Shown in pieces: positions 26,781 to 35,758 of a DNA stretch of 64,000 nt (positions within the stretch are counted from its first letter, which is position 1; every line of letters starts with the position of its first letter). The translations under genes were made by a program, and so were the position numbers. The DNA is from Saprospira grandis (lineage in GTDB: Bacteria; Bacteroidota; Bacteroidia; Chitinophagales; Saprospiraceae), in contig NZ_CP110854.1 in the NCBI RefSeq assembly GCF_027594745.1, positions 1,052,241 through 1,116,240 of the forward strand, in the 5' to 3' direction. The notes beneath the pieces were generated by a model. That model was not told the DNA's origin, searched no databases, and saw nothing but the letters and a program-made list of their open reading frames with translations.

Positions 26781-27914
26781 CTACTCTAGCTTTTCTAAGC
26801 CCCCAAATTCTGCCTGCCCCTGGGCCAACATGGCTTTGCGAGCCGATAATTCTACTTTCTCCGATTTTTGCAAACAAGAGAAGTCCGCCGCCAAAATAGC
26901 TTGGAGCTCCGCCAAAACTTCTTCCCGACTCAACCAGTAGTGCTCCGTCAAAAAGATGTCGTCCAATAGCTTTTGCTTAAAGGGATCTAAGGCTTGATCT
27001 AAATTCAAATCGCTCTGATAAAGCGCATCCAGCCGCTCAAAAAGGGCCAAATGCTGCCCCCGACCCAATAGGCTGTATTCCCGATTTTCTTCCAACAAAG
27101 CTATGCTCCAACTCCCCAGAGAATAACCCAAACTATCCAAAGGATAGGCCGCATAAAAAAGCTCCACCAATTGATCATCTAAGCTGTCTGCCGTCTGCTC
27201 GGCCAACTTCCCCCAATATCTATAATCTCGATACAGCTGATATTCGGTTTTTGGGGCTGGCAAATAGACCAAATAACCGGGCAGTACATGCTGCAACCAA
27301 AAGAAATTGGCCAAACTATCTGCCGAACTTAAGGCCAAGGCCGCATTCACTCGCTCCTCCAAGGCCAATTCTAGGTTTTCGCCCTTTTTATACAACATCC
27401 GAAAAGCGGGTAAACTCTGAATCTCTGCCGCTTCTCGCTGATATTGCTTGACCTCCGCAGCCAACTCATCGCCAAAAAAGAAGTATAAACGCCGATCTAA
27501 CCAAAGCCGCTGCAAATCCTCCGAGGGCAGGCTGTCAAAGCTCAAACTCCCCCCAAATAACCAGCCCTTATAGCCATCCGCCGCCTCTACTTCTAGCCAG
27601 GGCTCCCTATGGTCCACCCCCTCCAAACGGATCAAACTTTCGGCCTTGCTCATCCGCCCCAAATACCGAAAACTACTGCCTTTGTGGTAGCTCCGCAAAC
27701 TTTTTGCCCCCCAATCTGGCGCCGCTTTCAACTCCCCTTCCCGGCTGCTTAGGCTCAGGCTGGCTCCTTGCCCATCCGTTGATATATACAGGCTGCTGTC
27801 TGCGGTTTTGGGCGCTTTTTCTGGCCCTTCTACCAGCGGTTTTTGGGCTTGCTCTTCGGCACAAGAAAATAACAAAAAACAGATAATCAAGGATATAGCA
27901 AAATGTATTTTCAT
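26781..27914 (-). CDS. hypothetical lipoprotein
   Basis: MKIHFAISLIICFLLFSCAEEQ lipobox. The ORF-track N-terminus lies in a repeat, so ATG at 27914 was chosen. Confidence 0.55.
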   Translation of the reverse strand: MKIHFAISLIICFLLFSCAEEQAQKPLVEGPEKAPKTADSSLYISTDGQGASLSLSSREGELKAAPDWGAKSLRSYHKGSSFRYLGRMSKAESLIRLEGVDHREPWLEVEAADGYKGWLFGGSLSFDSLPSEDLQRLWLDRRLYFFFGDELAAEVKQYQREAAEIQSLPAFRMLYKKGENLELALEERVNAALALSSADSLANFFWLQHVLPGYLVYLPAPKTEYQLYRDYRYWGKLAEQTADSLDDQLVELFYAAYPLDSLGYSLGSWSIALLEENREYSLLGRGQHLALFERLDALYQSDLNLDQALDPFKQKLLDDIFLTEHYWLSREEVLAELQAILAADFSCLQKSEKVELSARKAMLAQGQAEFGGLEKLE

Positions 27915-27916
27915 CT

Positions 27917-28085
27917 TTTTTTTATTTTGGGGCTGCCCCGCCCTGCGGGCGGGTCGGGCTGTTTCGCAGCTCGCTATTCGCTCGGCCCTGCGCAAAATTT
28001 CGCTGCGCTCATTTTGCTGGGTCTGCGGCTTCGCCGCCCTGCTGTCCATCCCTCAGCCGAGGGCCAGCCGCCAAGCGCTTTAGCC
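27917..28085 (+). repeat. REP/MITE-like repeat, F orientation, ctattcgct variant (copy R8)
   Basis: ttttggggctgccccgccctgcgggcgggtcgggctgtttcgcagctcgctattcgctcggccctgcg. Confidence 0.8.
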
Positions 28086-28139
28086 TAAATTTTTCATCAA
28101 AGAATGGCCAAACAATTAATTAGATCATTGCGAAGCAAT

Positions 28140-28275
28140 ACCATTTTGGCCTAGCGATGCGAAAGGGGGCGGCGAAGCCGCAGACCAAGGCCGTCAGGCC
28201 GCAGGGCCAAGCAGACCTGCGAGCCCTGAAGCGTAGCGCCGCAAGGCGAAGCCGAAGCGGAGGCCCCAAAACATC
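28140..28275 (-). repeat. REP/MITE-like repeat, R orientation (copy R9). With R8 it forms an inverted pair and a roughly 360 bp quasi-palindrome.
   Basis: ttggcctagcgatgcg...gggccaagcagacctgcgagccc...ggaggccccaaaac. Confidence 0.8.
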
Positions 28276-30984
28276 CTAATCCTCCTGAGAAGAAGACAAC
28301 AAACTGCTTTGCGCTTGTCGCTCTTGGCCAAAAGTCAGAATCTGCCGAATAAAATCGAAGGGCTGATACCCATTGATGGCCGTTTGGTGGAAGATGCAGG
28401 TGGCAGGCGTCATGCCGGGCAAAGAATTGACCTCAATGACCAGGGTTTCGGCTCGACCATCGGCATAAATGCGGACAAAAGCATCGATTCGGGCATAGCC
28501 CGTAACCCCCAAAATGCGGGCCGCCTGCTCTAAATCGGCCTTAATTTGGGCCGCCAAGGGCGCATATTCAAGTTCGCCAACAGCCAGACGGGCAGGGGTG
28601 ATATTTTGTCCCTCTCCTGCCAAAAACTTCTCTTCCAGCGATAAAATCTCGCCAGAAGCCAAAGTTTCAGAAGGCTCAAAAACCTCATAGCGGATGCTTC
28701 CATCGGCCTCATGATGGCAAAGTAGGCCCACCGTCACCTCCAGAAAATGCAAGGCATCTTTTTGCTCCACCAACTGCTCCAAAAGGGCATATTGCTTTTT
28801 GGGAAACTCCTCTTTGGGCAAAATGGCTAGGCGCTCTTGGGCAATTTTTGGCAAAATATCCTCTTCACGGAAAAGGGCCGCCAAAAAGGCCTCCAATTCC
28901 GCCTCATTTTTGATCTTTTTCACGGCAGAGCTACAGCCATCATCTACTGGCTTGGCAATCAGGGGCCAGCCTAGTTTTTCGCCTGCTTGCTGCAGACTTT
29001 GTTCAGGCTGGGCCAAATAATCGCTTTTGCTCAAAAGGATTTGCTCGGTCACGGGCAGGCCAGCAGCTTTCAGCTTTTGGAGACTCTGATACTTATCAAT
29101 CGTCAAAGCGGCAGAATCGGCCTCCGAACCATTAAAGGCGATGCCTCTCTTGGCCAACTCTCTTTGGAGCGCGCCATCCTCTCCGGGGCGGCCATGCAAA
29201 GCGATAAAGGCCAAGCGGGTCTCCTCGCTTAGTTCATCAAAAGAAAGCGGGCGGGGATCTAGGCGGCTGCTTCGGCCAGAAAACTGATTAGCAATATGAG
29301 CCGTTTCTTGGCGAATCTTTTGGATAATAGGATGTACCTTATAATTTAATAATTTATCGCGAATATCGTCGGCATTATCCTTTAGCAAAAGGTTGATGGG
29401 TAGCTCATAGAGCTGTTGGTCCTCGGCCTTACCCGTCAGGAAAACGGGAAAAGGCAGATAATCAGCAGAGCTGGCCAACTTCTCATAAATATTGCGGCCA
29501 CTTTCTACCGAAATATGGCGTTCGGAAGAATAACCGCCCAGAATAACCGCCACCTTTTGGAGTTCGGCAACCTCTCCTTCTAGGCGTTGCATCTCGCTTT
29601 CCAATCGGGCCAATAATTGGCCGTAATTATTGGGGCGCAAGCATTTTCGGCTGCGGGCCAAAAGCGAGCGATGAATAATAAAACTGAGAAAATGCGAGGG
29701 ATTAAGGCCAATTTCGGCCGCTTGATGGAAAAAGAAAGAAGAAGGCAGCATGCCCGAAGTCGTATTCGGGTCATTGAGAATAATGCGGCCATCGGCTTGA
29801 ATAAAGCCATCAATTCGGGCATAAACATCAAACTCCAAAAAGCGAAACAGCCGTTCGCACTCTTGGCGGATCGCTTGGATTTGGGCCTCAGGCAAATCAA
29901 TAGGCGTCAGTTTGCGAGAGAGTCCAGCCAAATACTTAGACCGATAATCAAAAAGCTCTTTACCCTTAATAATTTCTGTGGGGGGCAAAGCAATGGCTTG
30001 GCCATCCTCATCTTGAATCACGACACAGGAAAACTCTCGGCCCTCAATAAAGCCCTCTAACAAAACGCTTTCCTCTCGGTATTGGCTTTGGAGTCGGAGC
30101 TTGGGGCTATGTCCCTGCCCCAATTCCTTATCGAGTAGGGCCAATAATTGCTCGGGATGATAGAGCAACTGTTTATCTTTTTTGGGGCCTTCCACCTCTA
30201 GCGGAAAGCCGAGACCAGATCGAATATCGAGCAATTTCCGCATCCATTGAATCTGCTCCTCTCGGCTCATTTGCTGCCAGTCCTCAGCGCTAATTTCCAG
30301 GCCAAAAAAGGCATTTTCTAGGGCATCGAGAAGGTCTTCAGCCTGCTCGACAATACGCACACCGATAGAAGAACCTTGATTGGAAGGGCGGACCACCAGC
30401 GGGAACCCCATCTCTTTTTTGAGCTGCTCCAGATTGGGCAATTCGCCGCTCCAGTCTTTGGCCCAAATTTGTTGGATGGGAGGACTTTCAAAGCCGCCTG
30501 CCTGCATCATTTTCTTCTGGAAACTTTTGTCCATACCCAGGCTACTCGCTCGGATGCCAGAGCCACTATAGGGAATCCCCAAAGCTTCTAACATCCCTTG
30601 AAGTTGGCCATCTTCGCCCCATTCGCCATGCAGGCTCAGAAAAGCAAAATCGATCAATTCGGGCAATTCGCTAAAGCTAATTGGGCGGCCAATTTGGGCC
30701 AGCAACTCCTTAGACGCCTGCTTAGAAAGGCCTAGACTTTCCACATAAATCTGAAACTGATGCGGGCTAGGCGGCAAAGCCTCTACAGGGGGGTAAAAAT
30801 CTCGGATACTTCCCTTGTAGAGATATTCCCAATCGAGCAGGCAGAGTTGGCCAAAACTATCCACAAAAATAGGGATGGGCCGAAAAAGTTGTTTATTTAA
30901 ATTATCGTAGACGGTCCGGCCACCGGCAAAGGCGATTTCGCGTTCTCGAGAGGGGCCAGCCAGAAATATTCCAATGTTCAACAT
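28276..30984 (-). CDS. tandem double D-alanine--D-alanine-ligase-like ATP-grasp protein (two complete Ddl-like N+C modules in one 902-aa polypeptide)
   Basis: Module 1: MLNIGIFLAGPSREREIAFAGG... to ...ARIDGFIQADGRIILNDPNTTSGM. Module 2: VAVILGGYSSERHISVESG... to ...ARIDAFVRIYADGRAETLVIEVNSLPGMT. Confidence 0.6.
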   Translation of the reverse strand: MLNIGIFLAGPSREREIAFAGGRTVYDNLNKQLFRPIPIFVDSFGQLCLLDWEYLYKGSIRDFYPPVEALPPSPHQFQIYVESLGLSKQASKELLAQIGRPISFSELPELIDFAFLSLHGEWGEDGQLQGMLEALGIPYSGSGIRASSLGMDKSFQKKMMQAGGFESPPIQQIWAKDWSGELPNLEQLKKEMGFPLVVRPSNQGSSIGVRIVEQAEDLLDALENAFFGLEISAEDWQQMSREEQIQWMRKLLDIRSGLGFPLEVEGPKKDKQLLYHPEQLLALLDKELGQGHSPKLRLQSQYREESVLLEGFIEGREFSCVVIQDEDGQAIALPPTEIIKGKELFDYRSKYLAGLSRKLTPIDLPEAQIQAIRQECERLFRFLEFDVYARIDGFIQADGRIILNDPNTTSGMLPSSFFFHQAAEIGLNPSHFLSFIIHRSLLARSRKCLRPNNYGQLLARLESEMQRLEGEVAELQKVAVILGGYSSERHISVESGRNIYEKLASSADYLPFPVFLTGKAEDQQLYELPINLLLKDNADDIRDKLLNYKVHPIIQKIRQETAHIANQFSGRSSRLDPRPLSFDELSEETRLAFIALHGRPGEDGALQRELAKRGIAFNGSEADSAALTIDKYQSLQKLKAAGLPVTEQILLSKSDYLAQPEQSLQQAGEKLGWPLIAKPVDDGCSSAVKKIKNEAELEAFLAALFREEDILPKIAQERLAILPKEEFPKKQYALLEQLVEQKDALHFLEVTVGLLCHHEADGSIRYEVFEPSETLASGEILSLEEKFLAGEGQNITPARLAVGELEYAPLAAQIKADLEQAARILGVTGYARIDAFVRIYADGRAETLVIEVNSLPGMTPATCIFHQTAINGYQPFDFIRQILTFGQERQAQSSLLSSSQED

Positions 30985-31087
30985 AGGTGCAAGGCAGATT
31001 TATAATGATGGGCGCAAAGGTAGCAGATTTTTTAGAGAGTTGGGGTTTTAGCGAATAGAGAGTAAGCACAGGGGAGTATTTCGCCCT

Positions 31088-31122
31088 AAAATAAAAGGCC
31101 CCGACAAAATTGTCGAGGCCTA
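31088..31122 (-). terminator. intrinsic terminator for the Big_2 gene
   Basis: aggccccgacaaaattgtcgaggcct hairpin. The plus-strand A-run becomes a U-run on the minus strand. Confidence 0.6.
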
Positions 31123-31147
31123 GAACAAGCAGTTAGTTAGCTCAATA

Positions 31148-32632
31148 TTATTGTACCGTTACCGTAATAGTTTGGCTAAAGTTGCCATGACAAACAGTAA
31201 TATTTGCGGTTCCGCCGCTGAAAGAAGTGGCAGAAATTTCTCCGTTGAAATCAACATCTGCTACTTGGATATTATCTGAGCAGTAAACGATTGGCGCACC
31301 AACAATAGCGGTAGCGCCAGCATCTACTACCTCCGCAGAAATCTGGGCCGTTTGGCCAAAGCTAAGTGTCACATTAGAAGAACTATTGAGATTGAGGCCT
31401 GCCGCATTGGGGTCGGCTGTACCACAATTACAAGAAGAACCTACAGCCACAGAGAGAATACTTACGCCAGGAAACACCTCAGGATCATTAGCGTCAGCAG
31501 CAATCACAAAAGTAGACATACCAGGATTGGCTGAAGATTTTACGGTAGCCAAACCATTGTTGTCAATAGTAGCTACATCAAAAATGGGAAAGCCAAAAGT
31601 AGGAATTTGCCAGCTGACATTAGTAGTTGCTTGGGGGTTGTTAAGCACCAACTCGCCATTGCTACGCACTACATCATATTTGGTAGCGCTATATTGCTGT
31701 GTATTGCCAGCAGCTACAGAAGCATTTAGCGGATCAAGCGTAATTACTTTATTGGGGCTAACTTCTAGTTGAGCTTCGCCAACTACACCTTGGGCCATAG
31801 CATAGACCTTAGTACTTCCGATAGTTTGGGGGCTGATGTTTCCATTAGCATCAATTGTTGCAATAGAAGGATCAGCTACCGTCCAGTCAAAAGTGACTGT
31901 TTTTTCATTGCCATCCATATCATAAGCCTTGGCGGTATACTGAGCAGTTTCTGTTTTAAGGATGACTTGGCTAGCGGGACTAACCACCACACGCTGTACA
32001 GGCAACTCAATCACAGGAGGAGCCAAGACAGTAACGGGCACCTCTACAACAGGGTTACCGTCAATGCCCGAAGCCGTAACTGTAATGATACAGTTTCCAG
32101 CCCCAACAAAACTCAACTCTCCAGAAGCATTTACCGTAGCTACGGTATTATCGCTAGACTGATAGCTATAAGTGGGTGAAGAGGTCCCTAGATAAACGGC
32201 CTCCATCTGAATATTCGGGAAATCACTATCGACTAAAACAGCTGCAGGAGCCACGGCAAAAAGTGCGGGTGTTTGTATAGCCAAAGGCGCAGAACTAGTT
32301 AAGGTCGTTCCACCAACCGTTACCGAAGCCTGAATAGTGGTTGTTCCAGCTGCAGCCACTGTAACCGCCCCATTGCTAGCAATAGTGGCTACATCAGTAT
32401 TTGCACTCGACCAGCTGACATTGCTAGCTGCCGTGCGATTGCCTTCAGTATCTAGCAAAACAGCCGTATAAGTTAGGCTGCCATCCATAAGCATGGTCTG
32501 AGCACCATTTTCAATTACAAGCATTTGATTGCTAGCATCCTGATTGTCTCCATTGTTGTCTTCATCCTTCTTACAGGAGGTCAAGGCTAAAAAAAGTAGA
32601 CTAAAAAGTCCTAAATAATTTAAAATTTTCAT
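31148..32632 (-). CDS. surface lipoprotein with several bacterial Ig-like (Big_2) domains
   Basis: MKILNYLGLFSLLFLALTSCKKDED lipobox, then T/V/S-rich repeated beta domains. Confidence 0.6.
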   Translation of the reverse strand: MKILNYLGLFSLLFLALTSCKKDEDNNGDNQDASNQMLVIENGAQTMLMDGSLTYTAVLLDTEGNRTAASNVSWSSANTDVATIASNGAVTVAAAGTTTIQASVTVGGTTLTSSAPLAIQTPALFAVAPAAVLVDSDFPNIQMEAVYLGTSSPTYSYQSSDNTVATVNASGELSFVGAGNCIITVTASGIDGNPVVEVPVTVLAPPVIELPVQRVVVSPASQVILKTETAQYTAKAYDMDGNEKTVTFDWTVADPSIATIDANGNISPQTIGSTKVYAMAQGVVGEAQLEVSPNKVITLDPLNASVAAGNTQQYSATKYDVVRSNGELVLNNPQATTNVSWQIPTFGFPIFDVATIDNNGLATVKSSANPGMSTFVIAADANDPEVFPGVSILSVAVGSSCNCGTADPNAAGLNLNSSSNVTLSFGQTAQISAEVVDAGATAIVGAPIVYCSDNIQVADVDFNGEISATSFSGGTANITVCHGNFSQTITVTVQ

Positions 32633-32826
32633 CTTAAAATGTTGAATGTTAATTAAGTTGCTTGTTCCAGCCGCTGCCAAAGCCTAAAAACATGCCAAGA
32701 TGAGATTAAACAAGCATTCAAACAACAAACCAACAATTGCAAAAATTTGAAAATCAATTATATATAAAACATGAAAATTAGTTCCTTTTTCAGGAAGATT
32801 TCTTTCCTTCTTCTAAGGGTCTATTT

Positions 32827-35286
32827 CTACTTCAGCCCCAATTGCCAGCCCAAACTCAACTGAATAGAGCGCCCTTCTGCGGGTAAAATACCTGGACCAG
32901 GATAAGCCGAAGCTCTACGGCTGAAATAAGCTTTGTTCAATAGATTATTTACATTTAATCCCAAGCGCAGGGCTTTGTACTGATAACTAAAACTAGCATC
33001 CCAAACGCCATAGGCTGGAATACGGCCCAAAACCGCATTAGCCACCAGTTCCGCATTGCTGGCATCGCTAAAATGGCTGCCCGTATAAGCATATTGCAGA
33101 CTAGCTTTGTAGTTTCCTAGGTAAGCCTGTAGACCCAAGCGCCAACTAATGGGCGGCACCAGCTCCAATAGTTTGCCCTGAGCAAAGGTATTGGCCGTTT
33201 TGGTATAGCGGCCATCCAAAATGGAAAAGTTGTTAAAGAACAACAGGCCCTTATCCTCTTTGATGCTTTTAAATAAGCGCAGAATATCCCATTCTATAAG
33301 GCTTTCTAGGCCCAAAACACGAGCATTTCCAATATTAGAGCGATAAGAAATGAGCTGAATTAAGTCGGGATTTTCGGGATCGGACCGACTCGTTGAAATA
33401 TTCCCAATTCGATCTTGATAGGCCAAATAGAACAAAGAAAAATCAAAGCGGAGATGCCGCCCCCAACGGCCCCGAAAGCCTAAATCGGCATTAAAGCCAC
33501 TTTCATCCTGCAAATCGGGATCAATGACTTGATTGGGATTGACCAAACGCAAATCATTAAAGTTGATGGCCCGATAGTTCTGTGAAATATTACTGTAAAT
33601 TTCTAATTGGTCCTTGGGCCGATAACTCAAGCCAATCCCCAGCAGAAAAACAGAGCGATTGCGGCCCCGCTGCTCATAAATGGCTTCATTGCGCAAGGTA
33701 TCGGCCCCCTCCGCGCTAGGCTGTACCAGCAAGTCTTGATAATAACCATCGGCTTGGGTTTGAATATATTCATAGCGCAAACCTGGCGTAATGCTCCAGC
33801 CCTTGCCCAAACTAAAGAAGTTTTCGGCAAAAGCAGCAAAGTTAAAACTAGGAAAATTATAGTCTGAATTGAGAATGCCTTTGGCAGGCTCCAAAAAGGT
33901 AAAATCGGCTCGGCTGCCTGTGCTATCGGCATTGGCTAGGCCTTGAGCTTGGGTAGTAAAGCCTTTGTAGAGGCGAAGGCCCCCCAAAAGAACGCCCATT
34001 TTTTTGGCCCCAATCTTATAGCGGTGCATGATCCGACTTTCTTGCCCAAAGTTTTGGTATTGGCCCTTAATCAGCTGTCTTGGCCCCCCATAATCTACTC
34101 GATTGATGGCTTCTAAATTGCCCAAAGATTGACGACCTGCAAAAAGCGCAAACTGCCGAAAATTAAGCTTGGTATTTTTGGCCAATCGATAATTGATATC
34201 TAAAGCCGTAATGGCCCAATCTACCCGAAACCAATTGCGGGGACGCTTAGCTTGTCGGGGATTTTGCCGAAACTCTAAATCGGTCAAGCCGCCAGGCTGC
34301 TGTGCCAGATAAGACATATAGGTTTGCTCCAAAGACAAGCTTAGCTTTTCGGTCCACTGATAATGCAAACCCAAATAGGCCGTATGCTGCTCAAAAGCAG
34401 AGTTTGGCCGCCAGCCATCGCCTCTTTTATATTGATGAAAAGCATAATAACGCAGCTTCCCTTTTTGGCCCTCCAAGCTATTAAAGCTAGCATAAAAGCC
34501 AAAAGAACCGCCCGTTTGTTGGCCCCTCCAAAGCAATTTATAATCCTTATTTCCCCGCTTCATTCTAAAGTTGAGCAAGCCGCCAAACTGCGTTCCATAC
34601 TGCAAGGAAGCGGCGCCCCGAATCAACTCAATCCCTTCTAGGGCCAAAACAGGAGGCGTATAATAAGACTCTGGATAACCCAAAGCATCGGCACTAATAT
34701 CATAGCCATTTTGGCGAGTGTTGAAGTTGGAACTGCGGTTGGGGCTTAGGCCGCGGCCGCCAATATTGAGCTGAATCCCCGAATTGTCATTCTCCCAAAT
34801 GTTTAAGCCTGCAATTTTTGCATAGACCTGCCGGCTGTTATTGGCGGCCAAATTGCCCTGCAACTTACTCGCCTTGATGATAGAGGACTTTTTGGCGGCC
34901 CCGATCAGCATTTTGTCCCAATCTACGGCCCGAAATTGCTGCAAGCCATAATTCCCCTCTTCGGCCTGCACATAAACCGTGGGGCCCTGCCCGCCCAAAG
35001 GCTGCAAAACCACTTGCAAAACCGTATCTATAGGCAGTTGCAGCACTAAAGAGCGGCCCTGAAACCCCTCTGCATAAACATCCAGTTGATAGGGGCCAGC
35101 GGCCAAACTATCAAAGCGAAAAAAGCCCTGGGCATCGCTTTTGCTCAGGGTCGTTTTTTGGACCAAAAACAGCTCGGCCCCAGCAATGGCTTGGCCCAAA
35201 CTATCTGTTAATTGGCCCTGAAGAGCCGATTGCGCTCCCGCCAAAACAGGGAGCAAAAAGAAAAAGAGATAGCCATAAAGTCGCAT
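32827..35286 (-). CDS. TonB-dependent outer-membrane receptor with an N-terminal carboxypeptidase-regulatory-like domain
   Basis: Signal peptide, CarbopepD_reg-like N-terminus, and a ~820-aa barrel with an aromatic C-terminus. Confidence 0.8.
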   Translation of the reverse strand: MRLYGYLFFFLLPVLAGAQSALQGQLTDSLGQAIAGAELFLVQKTTLSKSDAQGFFRFDSLAAGPYQLDVYAEGFQGRSLVLQLPIDTVLQVVLQPLGGQGPTVYVQAEEGNYGLQQFRAVDWDKMLIGAAKKSSIIKASKLQGNLAANNSRQVYAKIAGLNIWENDNSGIQLNIGGRGLSPNRSSNFNTRQNGYDISADALGYPESYYTPPVLALEGIELIRGAASLQYGTQFGGLLNFRMKRGNKDYKLLWRGQQTGGSFGFYASFNSLEGQKGKLRYYAFHQYKRGDGWRPNSAFEQHTAYLGLHYQWTEKLSLSLEQTYMSYLAQQPGGLTDLEFRQNPRQAKRPRNWFRVDWAITALDINYRLAKNTKLNFRQFALFAGRQSLGNLEAINRVDYGGPRQLIKGQYQNFGQESRIMHRYKIGAKKMGVLLGGLRLYKGFTTQAQGLANADSTGSRADFTFLEPAKGILNSDYNFPSFNFAAFAENFFSLGKGWSITPGLRYEYIQTQADGYYQDLLVQPSAEGADTLRNEAIYEQRGRNRSVFLLGIGLSYRPKDQLEIYSNISQNYRAINFNDLRLVNPNQVIDPDLQDESGFNADLGFRGRWGRHLRFDFSLFYLAYQDRIGNISTSRSDPENPDLIQLISYRSNIGNARVLGLESLIEWDILRLFKSIKEDKGLLFFNNFSILDGRYTKTANTFAQGKLLELVPPISWRLGLQAYLGNYKASLQYAYTGSHFSDASNAELVANAVLGRIPAYGVWDASFSYQYKALRLGLNVNNLLNKAYFSRRASAYPGPGILPAEGRSIQLSLGWQLGLK

Positions 35287-35349
35287 AAACTCCTTTTGTT
35301 TTAAATTAAACGTACTGAAGTAATAAATAGAAGTCTGCCTAGGATGTTG

Positions 35350-35510
35350 ATTTTTTGGGGCTGCCCCTGCGGCCTACGGCCTTGGGTCGGGCTGTGTCGC
35401 AGCTCGCTATTCGCTCGGCCCTGCGCTTTTTCACTACGTTCAAAAGCTGGGTCTGGCCTTCGGCCACTGCTGTCCATCCCTCAGCCTGCGGGCCTTCGGC
35501 CCTTTTTGGC
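35350..35510 (+). repeat. REP/MITE-like repeat, F orientation, ctattcgct variant (copy R10)
   Basis: gtgtcgcagctcgctattcgctcggccctgcg...ggtctggccttcggccac. Confidence 0.8.
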
Positions 35511-35589
35511 TGCAGGTTTAAACCTACAGCCACAATGGTATTGCTCCGCAATGCTAGATGAATGAGGGCTAAAGCCCTCTTAAAATTAA

Positions 35590-35758
35590 GGGCCGAAGAA
35601 AATGGCCAAAAGAGAAAAAGACCGTTGAGCGGCTTAGCGCTGCGGAGCGGGTGGCCCGAAGGGCCAGACCAAGGCGGCTTGCCGCCGCAGGGCCGAGCAG
35701 ACCTGCGAGCCCCGCAGCATAGCGCCCCGCCGCCTGCGGCGGCGGGGAAGCCCCAAAT
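35590..35758 (-). repeat. REP/MITE-like repeat, R orientation (copy R11). Forms an inverted pair with R10.
   Basis: gggccgagcagacctgcgagccccgcagcatagcgcc...gaagccccaaattag. Confidence 0.8.
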
